Shown: positions 22,801 through 36,200 of the stretch, one piece after another | Layout of the letters: every line of letters begins with the position of its first letter | How positions within the stretch are numbered: position 1 is the stretch's first letter | Assembly: GCA_964016885.1 (NCBI GenBank) | Contig: OZ024742.1 | Coordinates: 318,680,001 to 318,744,000, forward strand | DNA from: Eledone cirrhosa | Lineage: Eukaryota | Direction of reading: 5' to 3' | Length of the DNA stretch: 64,000 nucleotides | Program-made: the position numbers and the translations under genes | The notes under the pieces: generated by a model | Database searches by the model: none | Told to the model about the DNA's origin: nothing | The model's input: only the letters and a program-made list of their open reading frames with translations

Positions 22801-25800
22801 TTCCCCTATACATGGCTTGTACTGCCTTCACAAACTACTCATCTACTCATAGTTTTCTAAGAGCCCACAAGATAATGACACGGGAAACTCTGTCAAAAGC
22901 TTTTTCCAGGAAAACAAAAGCCAAGTAGAGGGGTTACTTTTAGCTAGATATGTCTCCTGCAGTTGCTTCACAAGAAAGAGGGCATCTGTGGTACTTTTCC
23001 TGGTACAAATCCAAACTGCATCTCATCTAGGTTAATTTGATCCCTAATCAGTTGTATAATGACTCTTTCTGTAACTTTCATGACCTGGTCCATCATGAAA
23101 GATACTTAGAATTAAAATTATATCAAGAAAAAAACAACAGGTTGATGTTATTGAGAGAGAGAAAACAGGAATTTTAAATGCAAGTCTGTCAATACATGTG
23201 GCAAAAATGTGTGTATGTGTGTGTTTCTGTATGTCCTAAGGAAAACTGAGCTACAACTAGTGGTTATAATGATGAATGCTGCTACTGCTACCACCATCAA
23301 CATGTAGGCCAGAATTGATAGGTGATGATACTCACCAGAAGATAACAAACACCACAAATATAAAACCTCGCTGAGAAATATATTTGACAAATTTCCTGAG
23401 GTATAAATTCGAAGACTTCCATTCCTCAACCATTAGGGATACAAGTTTATAGGCTGTCTCTAGGTGGGTGAATGGTCCACATGTAGCACTGGGTTTGTTG
23501 CTGAAATATATAAATATATAGTTAGAAAGTCAGATATAGCTGAGAGAGAGAGAGAGAGATTTAGAGGAAGGAAAAGAGAGAATGGAGAGAGAGAGGCTAT
23601 AAAGTAAAAGAGAGAATGGAGAGAGAGAGGCTATAAAGTAAAGGAGAGAATAGAGAGAGAGAGAGAGAGAGAGGCTATAGAAGAAAGGAGAGAATAGAGA
23701 GAGAGAGAGGCTATAGAAGAAAGGAGAGAATAGAGAGAGTGAGAGGCTATAGAGGAAAGGAGAGAATGGAGAGAGTGAGGCTATAGAGGAAAGGAGAGAA
23801 TAGAGAGAGTGAGGCTATAGAGGAAAGGAGAGAATAGAGAGAGTGAGAGGCTATAGAGGAAAGGAGAGAATAGAGAGAGTGAGAGGCTATAGAGGAAAGG
23901 AGAGAATAGAGAGAGTGAGAGGCTATAGAGGAAAGGAGAGAGAGTGAGGCTATAGAGGAAAGGAGAGAGAGTGAGGCTATAGAGGAAAGGAGAGAATAGA
24001 GAGGGGAATAATAGGAAGAGAGAGGAAAGGGAGGGAGGGAAAGACTGGGAGAGGGGGAAGAGAGAGGAAAGGGTGGGAGAGGGGGAAGAGAGAGGAAAGG
24101 GAGGGAGAGGGGGAAGAGAGAGGAAAGGGAGGGAGAGAAGGAGAGGGGGAGAGAGAGAGTGAATGAATAGATGGTTGAGACAAATTGATAAAGTGAGAGA
24201 ATAATACAATAGTGCTGTAGAGTAGACACACTGTATAGCTGTATGTTATAAGAACTAACTAAAAGGGTTAATGGTAGGAAGGGCATCTGGTTGTAAAATA
24301 TAGCCTTTAAAAGGACCTCATGATGGGTATGAAGCTTGACATGGGACCTGCAAGGTCCATATAATCTACCAGTACAACCTGATTCATAGTCGAGTGGCAA
24401 CTAAACCAACTCCTCCCACCAGACCCTGGTCTAGTGAGGAGAGTAAGTGGAACCCCAGCAGCACAAAAAACAAGAGCTGTTAAAAGGGAAGTTGAACTCC
24501 TTAGAGTCAACAACCATCCATACAAACTATGTTTTAAATAGCCTCCCCAACCTGCAATTGGTTAAGCATGGTGAGTATGGCTACAGCCCTGAAGACATGA
24601 CCAAAACCACACAGAAAGCTGTGGAGGTTAACAACGGAGGGGTTCCTCTAACAGGTGTGAGAAAGCCCTGGATTGGAAGGTGCGATTTGTGAGATATTTT
24701 CCAACTATTTTTAGCAGGATCAATGACTACATAGAGGTACTTTTGTTTGACACACGTGTTTTCCAAGTGGGTGCTTATATTGTTTGGATGAGTGCATGTG
24801 TTTCAAATGAGTTCTGTGTGCATGTGTTTTGTGTGAGTGAATGTGTTGTGTGCATATGTTTTCTGAGTAAATTCATATGTTCCAGGTGGGTGTATATGTG
24901 TTCTAGGTGGGTGTATGTATGTTCCAAGTAGGTGTATATGCGTTCCAGGTGTATGTAATTTAGCTGATCTCAAATTTATACTTACAAATACACACTTATA
25001 GCCACAGCAACAACTGTTAGTACAAAATATAGTAGCAATGTTCCCAAAAAAATTGTGTGCATTCTTGAGGCTCTCCATATCCTTTTAGAAGGACTACAGC
25101 AGGTCATCACACTAGCCTAAAATTAAAAATAATAACAATAAAAAAAAAAGAAAAAGCATCGCACATTAATAGATATAGCCTCTTAACTCTTTAGCATTTA
25201 AACCAGCCATATTCAACCAGAATTTTCTCACCTTTTTCTTTTCAAACCTGCTATAACTGGCTGCTCATACTTATACTAAGGTATTGTTCTCAAAATAAAT
25301 AATATCAAAATCTCGTAGATTCGATACTATATGAGATAAGTATGTAAAATAAAGTGTTTACTGTGAAAATACAATAGTATATATAGACTAAGTGGTCTTG
25401 TAGGTGTCACAACAAAAAGCACCTACACAGTAAATGTGGTTGGCATTAGGAAGGGTATCCAGCCATAGAAACCAAGCCAAAATCGGTTCTGTATGAGCAA
25501 GACATGGTCATAGGATCTCGACTTGCCCCAAATAGGGCAACCCAACTATGGGGGACACATTAAGGAATTCCTACCCACCCCTTTTCTACACATTGAACAT
25601 GGTCATTTCCCTGATGGCAGCAAGGTCTTATCCTCTTTCTTTTTTACTAAAACTTTAGTCATTGTTAGGTTTATTTTCAAGCTCTTTGATTTCAAATCTT
25701 GTTTCCATGTCTGGAACTTAATTTGTAGTTCTATCATTTTGGCTATGAGAGTTAGACCAACATATAGAAGCTCCCATGAGCAACCAGTCTTGAATTCTTC

Positions 25801-27241
25801 TGTTATGCCTGGAGAACTATAATAAACATGAGAGGACTGAGGACTGAGTCTTGGTGGGCCTCCACCTGCACATTAACCTCATTGCCAACTCTTACATTGC
25901 TAGTTGCACCTTTGTATATAACCTGTACAGTCTTCACAAGCCATTCCTCTATCCCTATCTTCTTAAATGACCCTCAAATTACAGAGCATGGGATTCTGTC
26001 AAATGCCTTTGTTCAGGTTGATGAATGCTAAATAGAGCTTTTATTCTTAGCTAAACACTTCTGTAATTGTCTAACTAGGAAGATGGCATCTGTAGTCCTT
26101 CCAGCTGAACTACATCTCATCAATATTAATTCTGTCTCAAATTAGTTGTGAAAGAATTCTTTCTGTAACCTTTATAATTTGATCCAGCAGTTTGATGCCT
26201 TGGTAATTATTTTCTAGTGCATATCCTTTGCCCTTGTAGCAGTTGACAATGATGCTGCTATGTCAGTCATTGGCTATGACACCTTCCACCATTACCTGAA
26301 TAATCACGCATGTGACTAACTTGTAATAAATTTAGGTTGGCTACATTTCTTACCTTCAAATACTCAATTGCTTAATCTGCTGTATTGCTGTCAACTTTGA
26401 TGGCTTGTCTTTCAGCTGGGTCCACTTGGGATAGACTTACACACAGGGCCTCCAAGAGAAATTTTGCAAGGTGCTACAAGACACCTTTGTGGTCAGAAAC
26501 AGCAAAGATTTTTCTCAAAATGTATGTTGCATGGTTGCTGTGGGGCCTTCTTAGCTCTTGGGCCCCAGAACAAAGAACCAGCTGGATACCCCTCTCATAG
26601 GGCCTGCCTTCCTCATTCAACAACATCTTGTAATACTTCCAGGCTTCATTCCATTCAGCATCACTAAGGTAAATGAGCCACTATCATTCCACACATACTT
26701 CTCTCCCACAACATCTTAATTATCCCTGGTACACTGTCTTGCAATCTGGAACGCCTTACACCTCTGATCTCATGTCAGAGAACATTGACAAACTTTTTGC
26801 TATATAAACCTGATGTTAACTCCTTTTCTTGCTACCTCCAGCCCAGCCTTTCTAAACCTATCTCTTAGCTTTTATGGCTGTCTTCAATATTGTTCAACCA
26901 TGTATTTGCATATATATTTATTGTAGAATGGTTGGTAATATGAAAGGTATCTAGCTAAAAAAAAGTAACACCACTTATAAGATATTGTGAGATCTTTTAG
27001 AGCCTAAGCTAATGTAGAAAAACAAAAGTGAAATGATAATGTTAAAGATGATGATGATGTTATGTAGCTGTGTAGTACGTTATTATTAGCATATACACAT
27101 CTATAGAAAGACTATATGTCACTTACCCATTTAATGTAGAATATAAAAAATAATTTCACAACCATTAATAACGGCATCAAAGGAGCATAAAATAAACCAA
27201 GCCTGCAAGTAAGATGACATATATATAATATATATATATAG

Positions 27242-27276
<35 letters not shown>

Positions 27277-30200
27277 TGCCACAACATCCAGGCCGAAACA
27301 AATGAGATCGTGTAGGTGTCACGACAAAAAAACACACAGTCCACGCTGTAATGTGGCCGTGTAGGCAACACGGTAAAAACCTCCCAGTCCCACACTGTAA
27401 ATGTGGTTAGGAAGGGCATCCAACTGTAGAAAACCTGCCAGACAGTCCTATGCGAGCAAGACAATCACTCTTGCCTCAAGTGGGACTACCCCCGTCCAAA
27501 CCCATGCAAGCGTGGAACACGGACGTTAAACGTTGATGATGATGATGATGATGACACACTATATATATATATAAATACCACATATATATGGTAAATATAT
27601 AAATATATATATATATAGTAAAGATCTTCTGTCATGAATGACCATGGGATTTACTTTACACCTAGAAAGCTCTCCTCTGAGGCACAAGTCTGGGCAAGGT
27701 TGTTTGTTGAAGATCAGCAGCCGCCCATGCATACCACCCTCCCCTCTCCATGCCACCAATGTTGTCAAAGAGAAAGATTAAGGCTTGGCACCAGTGTTGT
27801 CTCAACTCATTTCTACAGCTGAATAAACTAGAGCAATGTGAAATAAAGTGTCTTGCTCAAGGATGCAATGCATCACTGTGAAGAGGGACAGGCCAGTTGG
27901 ACACGCCGAACCCTTCACACAGTGGTACCCCAGTTTTGGAGCCGGGCACTCTCCATCCGATGGACCCTTCTCAATATGAAACCACATTTTCGGAGCATGG
28001 GACTGGATGGCACTGCTATGTGGAGGGACAGGACAGCTGGTTGTGCTGAACCCTTCACACAGCAGACCCTCAAGTTCAGGTGTTGGATTCCCCCATGACT
28101 CCCCTTCTCACAGCGGCACCCCAGTTTCAGAGCTGGTCACTCTCCATGCAACAAACCCTTCTCAATATGAAATCACATTTTACTTCTGGAGCCCTGCAGT
28201 GGATGACTGTGATGAATCCCTCATGGGCCTGCCATCAACCATGTTTGAGTGTGGGGTTGGATAGGGTTGTTTTGAGCCGAGTCCGGCACCGAGTTGTCAG
28301 CATAGGTTTTTTGTCGAATGATGTAGCGTCAGAGGACCTGGTCGGGTCTTTTGTCGAACGATGTAGCGTCAGCGGACCTGGTCGGGTCTTTTGTCGAACG
28401 ATGTAGTGTCAGAGGACCTGGTCGGGTCTTTTGTCGAACGATGTAGCGTAAGAGGACCTGGTCGGGTCTTTTGTCGAATGATGTAGCGTCAGAGGACCTG
28501 GTCGGGTCTTGTCAAACGATGTAGCGTCAGAGGACTTGGTCGGGTCTTTCGTCGAACGATGTAGCGTCAGAGGACCTGGTCGGGTCTTTTGTCGAACGAT
28601 GTAGCGTCAGAGGACTTGGTCGGGTCTTTTGTCGAACGATGTAGCGTCAGAGGACTTGGTCGGGTCTTTTGTCGAATGATGTAGCGTCAGAGGACTTGGT
28701 CGGGTCTTTTGTCGAACGATGTAGCGTCAGAGGACTTGGTCGGGTCTTTTGTCGAACGATGTAGCGTCAGAGGACTTGGTCTTGTGTCATCCCTATTGGG
28801 AGATTTAGTTGAGTAATGAAAGTTAAAAGAGAAAACTTTGACTCTTACCAACAAAGTGCCTGAGAATATATCAAGTCTAGTGTTGTTGTTGCAATATTGA
28901 ACTTTGGGGTCGTGTCTGTAATCGTAGAAAAATGTAACAATCTGAAATAGAAAACAAATTTAATACGATGGGGAATGATGAAAATTGTACTTCAGTAGTT
29001 ATAACAATTGATACATTCTTGGTTTATATGAACACAAACACAGACACACTCACAAAAATTTATATATAGATTGTACACACAAGTGTAGTGAATGTTAGAT
29101 ACTGTTTTCTGTAGTTTGTCATCACCCCTTCCTTAATCATCTCTAGTGTGTGATATCATCACCCCTTCCTTCCTCAATCATCTCTAGTGTGTGACATCAT
29201 CACCCCTTCCTTCCTCAATCATCTCTAGTGTTTGACTTCATCACCCCTTCCTTCCTCAATCATCTCTAGTGTGCGACATCATCACCCCTTCCTTCCTCAA
29301 TCATCTCTAGTGTGTGACATCATCACCCTTCCTTCCTCAATCATCTCTAGTGTTTGACATCATCACCCCTTCCTTCCTCAATCATCTCTAGTGTGTGACA
29401 TCATCACCCCTTCCTTCCTCAATCATCTCTAGTGTTTGACATCATCACCCCTTCCTTCCTCAATCATCTCTAGTGTGTGACATCATCACCCCTTCCTTCC
29501 TCAATCATCTCTAGTGTGTGACATCATCACCCCTTCCTTCCTCAATCATCTCTAGTATGTGACATCATCACCCCTTCCTTCCTCAATCATCTCTAGTGTT
29601 TGACATCATCACCCCTTCCTTCCTCAATCATCTCTAGTGTGTGACATCATCACCCCTTCCTTCCTCAATCATCTCTAGTGTGTGACATCATCACCCTTCC
29701 TTCCTCAATCATCTCTAGTGTGTGACATCATCACCCCTTCCTTCCTCAATCATCTCTAGTGTTTGACATCATCACCCCTTCCTTCCTCAATCATCTCTAG
29801 TGTGTGACATCATCACCCCTTCCTTCCTCAATCATCTCTAGTGTGTGACATCATCACCCCTTCCTTCCTCAATCATCTCTAGTGTGTGACATCATCACCC
29901 CTTCCTTCCTCAATCATCTCTAGTATGTGACATCATCACCCCTTCCTTCCTCAGTCATCTCTAGTGTTTGACATCATCACCCCTTCCTTCCTCAATCATC
30001 TCTAGTGTGTGACATCATCACTCCTTCCTTCCTCAATCATCTCTAGTATGTGACATCATCACCCCTTCCTTCCTCAGTCATCTCTAGTGTTTGACATCAT
30101 CACCCCTTCCTTCCTCAATCATCTCTAGTGTTTGACATCATCACCCCTTCCTTCCTCAATCATCTCTAGTGTGTGACATCATCACCCCTTCCTTCCTCAA

Positions 30201-33200
30201 TCATCTCTAGTGTGTGACATCATCACCCCTTCCTTCCTCAATCATCTCTAGTGTGTGACATCATCACCCCTTCCTTCCTCAATCATCTCTAGTGTGTGAC
30301 ATCATCAACCCTTCCTTCCTCAATCATCTCTAGTGTGTGACATCATCACCCCTTCCTTCCTCAATCATCTCTAGTGTGTGACATCATCACCCCTTCCTTC
30401 CTCAATCATCTCTAGTGTGTGACATCATCACCCCTTCCTTCCTCAATCATCTCTAGTGTTTGACATCATCACCCCTTCCTTCCTCAATCATCTCTAGTGT
30501 GTGACATCATCACCCCTTCCTTCCTCAATCATCTCTAGTGTGTGACATCATCACCCTTCCTTCCTCAATCATCTCTAGTGTGTGACATCATCACCCCTTC
30601 CTTCCTCAATCATCTCTAGTGTTTGACATCATCACCCCTTCCTTCCTCAATCATCTCTAGTGTGTGACATCATCACCCCTTCCTTCCTCAGTCATCTCTA
30701 GTGTTTGACATCATCACCCCTTCCTTCCTCAATCATCTCTAGTGTGTGACATCATCACCCCTTCCTTCCTCAATCATCTCTAGTGTGTGACATCATCACC
30801 CCTTCCTTCCTCAATCATCTCTAGTGTGTGACATCATCACCCCTTCCTTCCTCAATCATCTCTAGTATGTGACATCATCACCCCTTCCTTCCTCAGTCAT
30901 CTCTAGTGTTTGACATCATCACCCCTTCCTTCCTCAATCATCTCTAGTGTGTGACATCATCACCCCTTCCTTCCTCAATCATCTCTAGTGTGTGACATCA
31001 TCACCCCTTCCTTCCTCAATCATCTCTAGTGTGTGACATCATCACCCTTCCTTCCTCAATCATCTCTAGTGTGTGACATCATCACCCTTCCTTCCTCAAT
31101 CATCTCTAGTGTGTGACATCATCACCCCTTCCTTCCTCAATCATCTCTAGTGTTTGACATCATCACTCCTTCCTTCCTCAATCATCTCTAGTGTGTGACA
31201 TCATCACCCCTTCCTTCCTCAATCATCTCTAGTGTTTGACATCATCACCCCTTCCTTCCTCAATCATCTCTAGTGTGACGGAAGGATGGATAAACGGACG
31301 GAAGTTGCTCAAGTTTATATATAGATTACTTTAGTTATCAATTGTATCAATTGTATGTGGCATAGCAGCATCATCGTTAACTGTTATAAGGGTAAAGGAG
31401 ACGCCCTAGATAGGAGTAACTATAGAGGCATTAAATTAATCGACCAGGTCATGAAGGTCACGGAAAAAGTAATAGCGCAACTAATCAGAGAGAGAATTGA
31501 CCTAGATGAAATGCAGTTCGAGTTTGTGTCAGGCAAAAGTACCACAGACGCTCTTTTCATAGTACGACAACTACAGGAGAAGTACCTAGCTAAAGGTAAA
31601 CCCCTCTACTTAGCTTTTGTCGACTTGGAGAAAGCCTTCGACAGAGTCCCCCGCTCCATTATCTGGTGGGCTCTTAGAAAACTAGGCGTTGACGAATGGC
31701 TTGTGAGGGCTATACAAGCCATGTATAAAGAAACAGTCAGCAAGGTTAGAATTAACAACGAATATAGTGAAGAGTTTAGCGTAAAAGTTGGCGTCCATCA
31801 GGGCTCTGTTCTCAGCCCACTACTATTTATTATTGCCCTTCAGGCTATAACAGAGGAGTTCAAGACAGGCTGCCCATGGGAACTCCTATACGCAGACGAC
31901 CTGACACTCATAGCGGAATCAATGGCCGAGCTAGAGAAGAAATTCCAAACATGGAAGCACGGCCTAGAGTCAAAAGGACTTAAAACTAACCTGGCTAAGA
32001 CCAAAGTACTAGTTTGTAGGAAAGAAAACAAGGCGGCGGTCCCTTCTGGGAAATGGTCGTGCTCGGTGTGTAGGAAAGGCATAGGTAGAAACTCCATTTT
32101 ATGTCCTAAATGCAAAGTATGGGTGCATAAAAGATGTAGTGGGATCACAGGTAAGCTAACTAAGAACATAGATTTAACATGTGGCCGGTGCTCTGGTGCA
32201 ATAAGTAGCAGCAAGTGCCCACAAAATACTAGCTCTTTCAATTGCGCAGAGGGTTCTATAGAAATAGTGGACAGCTTCCGTTACCTGGGCGATAAAATCA
32301 GCAGTGGGGAGGGTGCTCTGAAAGTACTGTAGCTAGAGTCAGAACTGGTTGGAAAAAGTTCAGAGAGCTTATACCGCTATTAGCTGCTAAAGGGTTCTCC
32401 CTAAAAATGAAAGGCAGGTTGTACGATGCCTGCATACGAACAGCAATGCTGCATGGCAGTGAGACCTGGGCATTGTGTGCAGAGGATATACGCAGACTAG
32501 AGAGGAACGAAGCTTGCATGCTCCGCTGGATGTGTAACAGTAATATACGTGAACGGCAAAGCATAAACGAACTAAGGAAAAAATTAGAGATAAGAGGGAT
32601 CAGATGTTGTTTACTCGAGAGAAGGCTACGTTGGTATGGACACGTGATGCGCATGGAAGTCGATAGCTGTATAACAAAGTGCAGGGCAATAAAGATAGAC
32701 GGTAGTCACGGAATAGGCAGACCTAGAAAAACCTGGGACGAGCTGATAAACTCCGACATCACACACTTACACCTCTCCAAGACAATGTCACTGGACCGAG
32801 ACCTTTGGCGGTACTCAGTAACAGAGAAGACCCGCCTTACCTAAATATATAGTAAAACCTACTCCAGCCAGTAGGCATCTCTAACAAAATACACCCCGTC
32901 CCACCACCACCACCCCCACCCCATCCACACCACCCCGTTCTATGTAAAGTTATGTTGGTGCCGCGCCATCGAGGCCGAAACAAATGAGATCGTATAGGTG
33001 TCACGACAAAAAAACACACAGTCCACGCTGTAATGTGGCCGTGTAGGCAACACGGTAAAAACCTCCCAGACCCACACTGTAAATGTGGTTGGTGTTAGGA
33101 AGGGCATCCAACTGTAGAAAACCTGCCAGACAGTCCTATGCGAGCAAGACAATCACTCTTGCCTCAAGTGGGACTACCCCCGTCCAAACCCATGCAAGCG

Positions 33201-36200
33201 TGGAACACGGACGTTAAACGTTGATGATGATGATGATGATGATGATCTGTATCATAATTGTTGCTTCATAGTTCCTACTGACAGAATGGTGAATGTGTTA
33301 CCCTGTTGTACATCAAGGGAGATGGGCTGAACAAGACAGTCCAACTTGCAGGGCTAATTTTTGTGGATGGTTATCTCCACCCCAATCACAGTAGCTATGG
33401 GTTCAACAAGAAACTTATTGGTACTTTGTCAGCTTGTGATCTTTAGCCTGTCAGGCATCAAAGGCTGGGTCTGATAGTGGAGATATCATTGCAGGTCACA
33501 TCCCAGCTAAGGAGTTTACCACCTTGGAATGGGAAGATCATGATACTGTCTAGCCTTTTGCTATCCCCTTAGTCTAACCCCACCAGTTCCAGCTGCACAC
33601 AAGCCATGTTTACAAACTTCAGATAGCAACATACTGCTTCTGGGTGTGTTTTATTTTTACTTGCTTGGTTAGGGCCTTCAAGACTGGTGGGATGATGACA
33701 GGAAGTTATCCTCAAACCAGAGATATGGCCCAAATGCTTGCAACAAAATAGACTTCACTGAAGGTACCCAAAAGCCAGGTGGTGGCATTAAACTGGATAA
33801 TGAATCAAGTCTACCATTCAAGAAGTGTACAGCAAAATTTAAACCCAGAATACAAAGAGCCAGAACAAATACCACAAGATATCTCATCTGATGCTCTACA
33901 AACCACTGCATGCCAGAGTATGAAATATGGTCCTCAACTAGAATGACACATGGCATATCTGGAACAATAAATTCGTGAAGCATACATGCAACAACAACAA
34001 CATAAATACCAGTCATATACTGAGCTCAATTCAAATGTCTATATCAGGTGTGAGGAACCGTTCCAATCTGAAGAGCTATTTTTAGCTAAAGAAAATAACA
34101 ATAGAGACTTGAGCCACATAATTTATTATAAGCAGCAATACATAACATGAATTTAGCTGTTTTTCTTAGTCAATGTAACTTTTGGCTTTGAATTTTATCT
34201 GAAATTGCTTCAAAGTTTGGATGATAATTTGTGGCCTTTTATTTTGATACAAGAGTGCCAAAATGTAATAAAAAATTTCCTAAAAACTCACCTGTGGCTC
34301 TGCAGCCACAGGTTCCCAACCTTTGTCCTATATTTTGTAACCATTTGCCAATTTCAATCATTATCATGTACTCAAACATTGCATGATAATTTCGGGGTGT
34401 TCAAAAGACCAACAGCTTTTAGATACCTTCCCACAAATAATTGTTCCTACTTTAAGCACAATACCAGCAATTTGAAGGGGAGGGGATAGTTGATTAAATC
34501 GGCCCCAGTACTCACTGGTGCTGTATTTTATCGACCCCTGTAAAGACGAAAGGCAAAGTTAGCTAACCTCGGGAGGATTTGAACTGAGAACGTAAAGGGC
34601 CGTAACTCTATGCCACGAAGCATGGTGTCCGATGCTCTACCAATACTGCCAATCCATAAAGTTCTGTATCATATGGAATAGGTCAATCTAACCCTTCTGG
34701 TCTCAGACTGTAACAATCTTTCCAGCCCATGCCAGCATAGAAAGCAAATATATGATGATGATGATGATGTGTTAAATTTCTTTTTTTTTACTAAATACCC
34801 AAACAGAACAAAGACACCAGCAGCATTAATAGTGCTGCTCCAGCATTGCCCCATTCCACTTAGTCAAACTAGTAAAAGAGTTGTCCGGAGAAAATGTTAA
34901 ATGTGCAGCAAAGAAGTAAACTTACGACCAAATTATCTCAAAGAGCAATGTGTAGAGAATGGTGAAGAAGAAGTCAACTATCACTAAACGGTAGATTTCT
35001 TGACTGATAAAGGTCTCCCAGCACTGAAATAGAAGAATAACATTATACAGATTGTGATGATGATGACGGCGATGGTGATGATGACGGTGATGATGACGGC
35101 GATGGTGATGATGGCGGTGATGATGATGATCACGGTGATGATGATGATGACGACGGCGATGGTGATGATGACGGCGATGGTGATGATGACGGCGATGGTG
35201 ATGATGACGGTGATGATGATGATGACGACGGCGATGGTGATGATGACGACGGCGATGGTGATGATGACGATGGTGATGATGACAGCGATGGTGATGATGA
35301 CGATGACGATGACGGCGATGGTGATGATGACGATGATGGTGATGATGACGATGACGATGACGGCGATGGTGATGATGACGATGATGGTGATGATGACGAT
35401 GACGGCGATGGTGACGATGACGATGACGGCAATGGTGATGATGACGGCGATGGTGATGATGACGATGACGATGATGATGACAGCGATGGTGACGGTGATG
35501 GTGATGCTGACGATGATGATGACGGCGATGGTGATGATGTCGGCGATGGTGATGATGATGATGATGACAGCGATGGTGATGATGACGGCGATGGTGATGA
35601 TGACGATGATGATGACAGCGATGGTGATGATGACGATGATGATGACAGCGATGGTGATGATGACGATGATGATGACAGCGATGGTGATGATGATGATGAC
35701 AGTGATGGTGATGATGATGATGACAGCGATGGTGACAATGACGATGACGGCGACAATGACGAGGATGATGACGGCGATGGTGACAATGATGACAACGATG
35801 GCGATGGTGACAACTACGACGACGGCGATGACGACATCGGCGACGATGGTAACAATGATGATGACGGCGATGGTGACGATGACGACGACTACGACAATAC
35901 AATGACAACAATGATAGTGAAGATGACGTAACTCTCACCTGGCTTATCACCTTCAATACTTGGTTTGTGATGACCTGGTCATCTCTTCCTAGTAGGGAAG
36001 ATGGTTAGTGTGATGGTTAGTGTGTTGTGTGTGATGGTATAGTGATGGTTAACGTGATGGGTGTGATGGTTAGTGTGTTGTGTGTGATGGTTAGTGCGTT
36101 GTGTGTGATGGTATAGCGATGGTTAACGTGATGGGTGTGATGGTTAGTGTGATGTGTGTGATGGTTAGTGTGTTGTGTGTGATGGTATAGCGATGGTTAA

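Noticed and set aside
23747-24400. 217-aa Leu/Ser/Pro-rich ORF
   Set aside because: Translation of the CT-rich strand of a polypurine minisatellite.
28312-28781. Possible tandem hammerhead satellite (CTGACGC on the minus strand)
   Set aside because: Core is CTGACGC rather than CTGANGA, and no GAAA/stem arrangement follows.
29117-31278. CRISPR-like periodicity (also 28312-28781 and 49345-51016)
   Set aside because: Head-to-tail units with no unique spacers, no cas genes, and an intronic eukaryotic context.
34922-35956. 344-aa poly-His/Arg ORF and overlapping poly-Met/poly-Ser ORFs
   Set aside because: Translation of a (CAT/CGT/CGC)n expansion. Only 34926-35023 is real (TMC exon 11, with its own acceptor).
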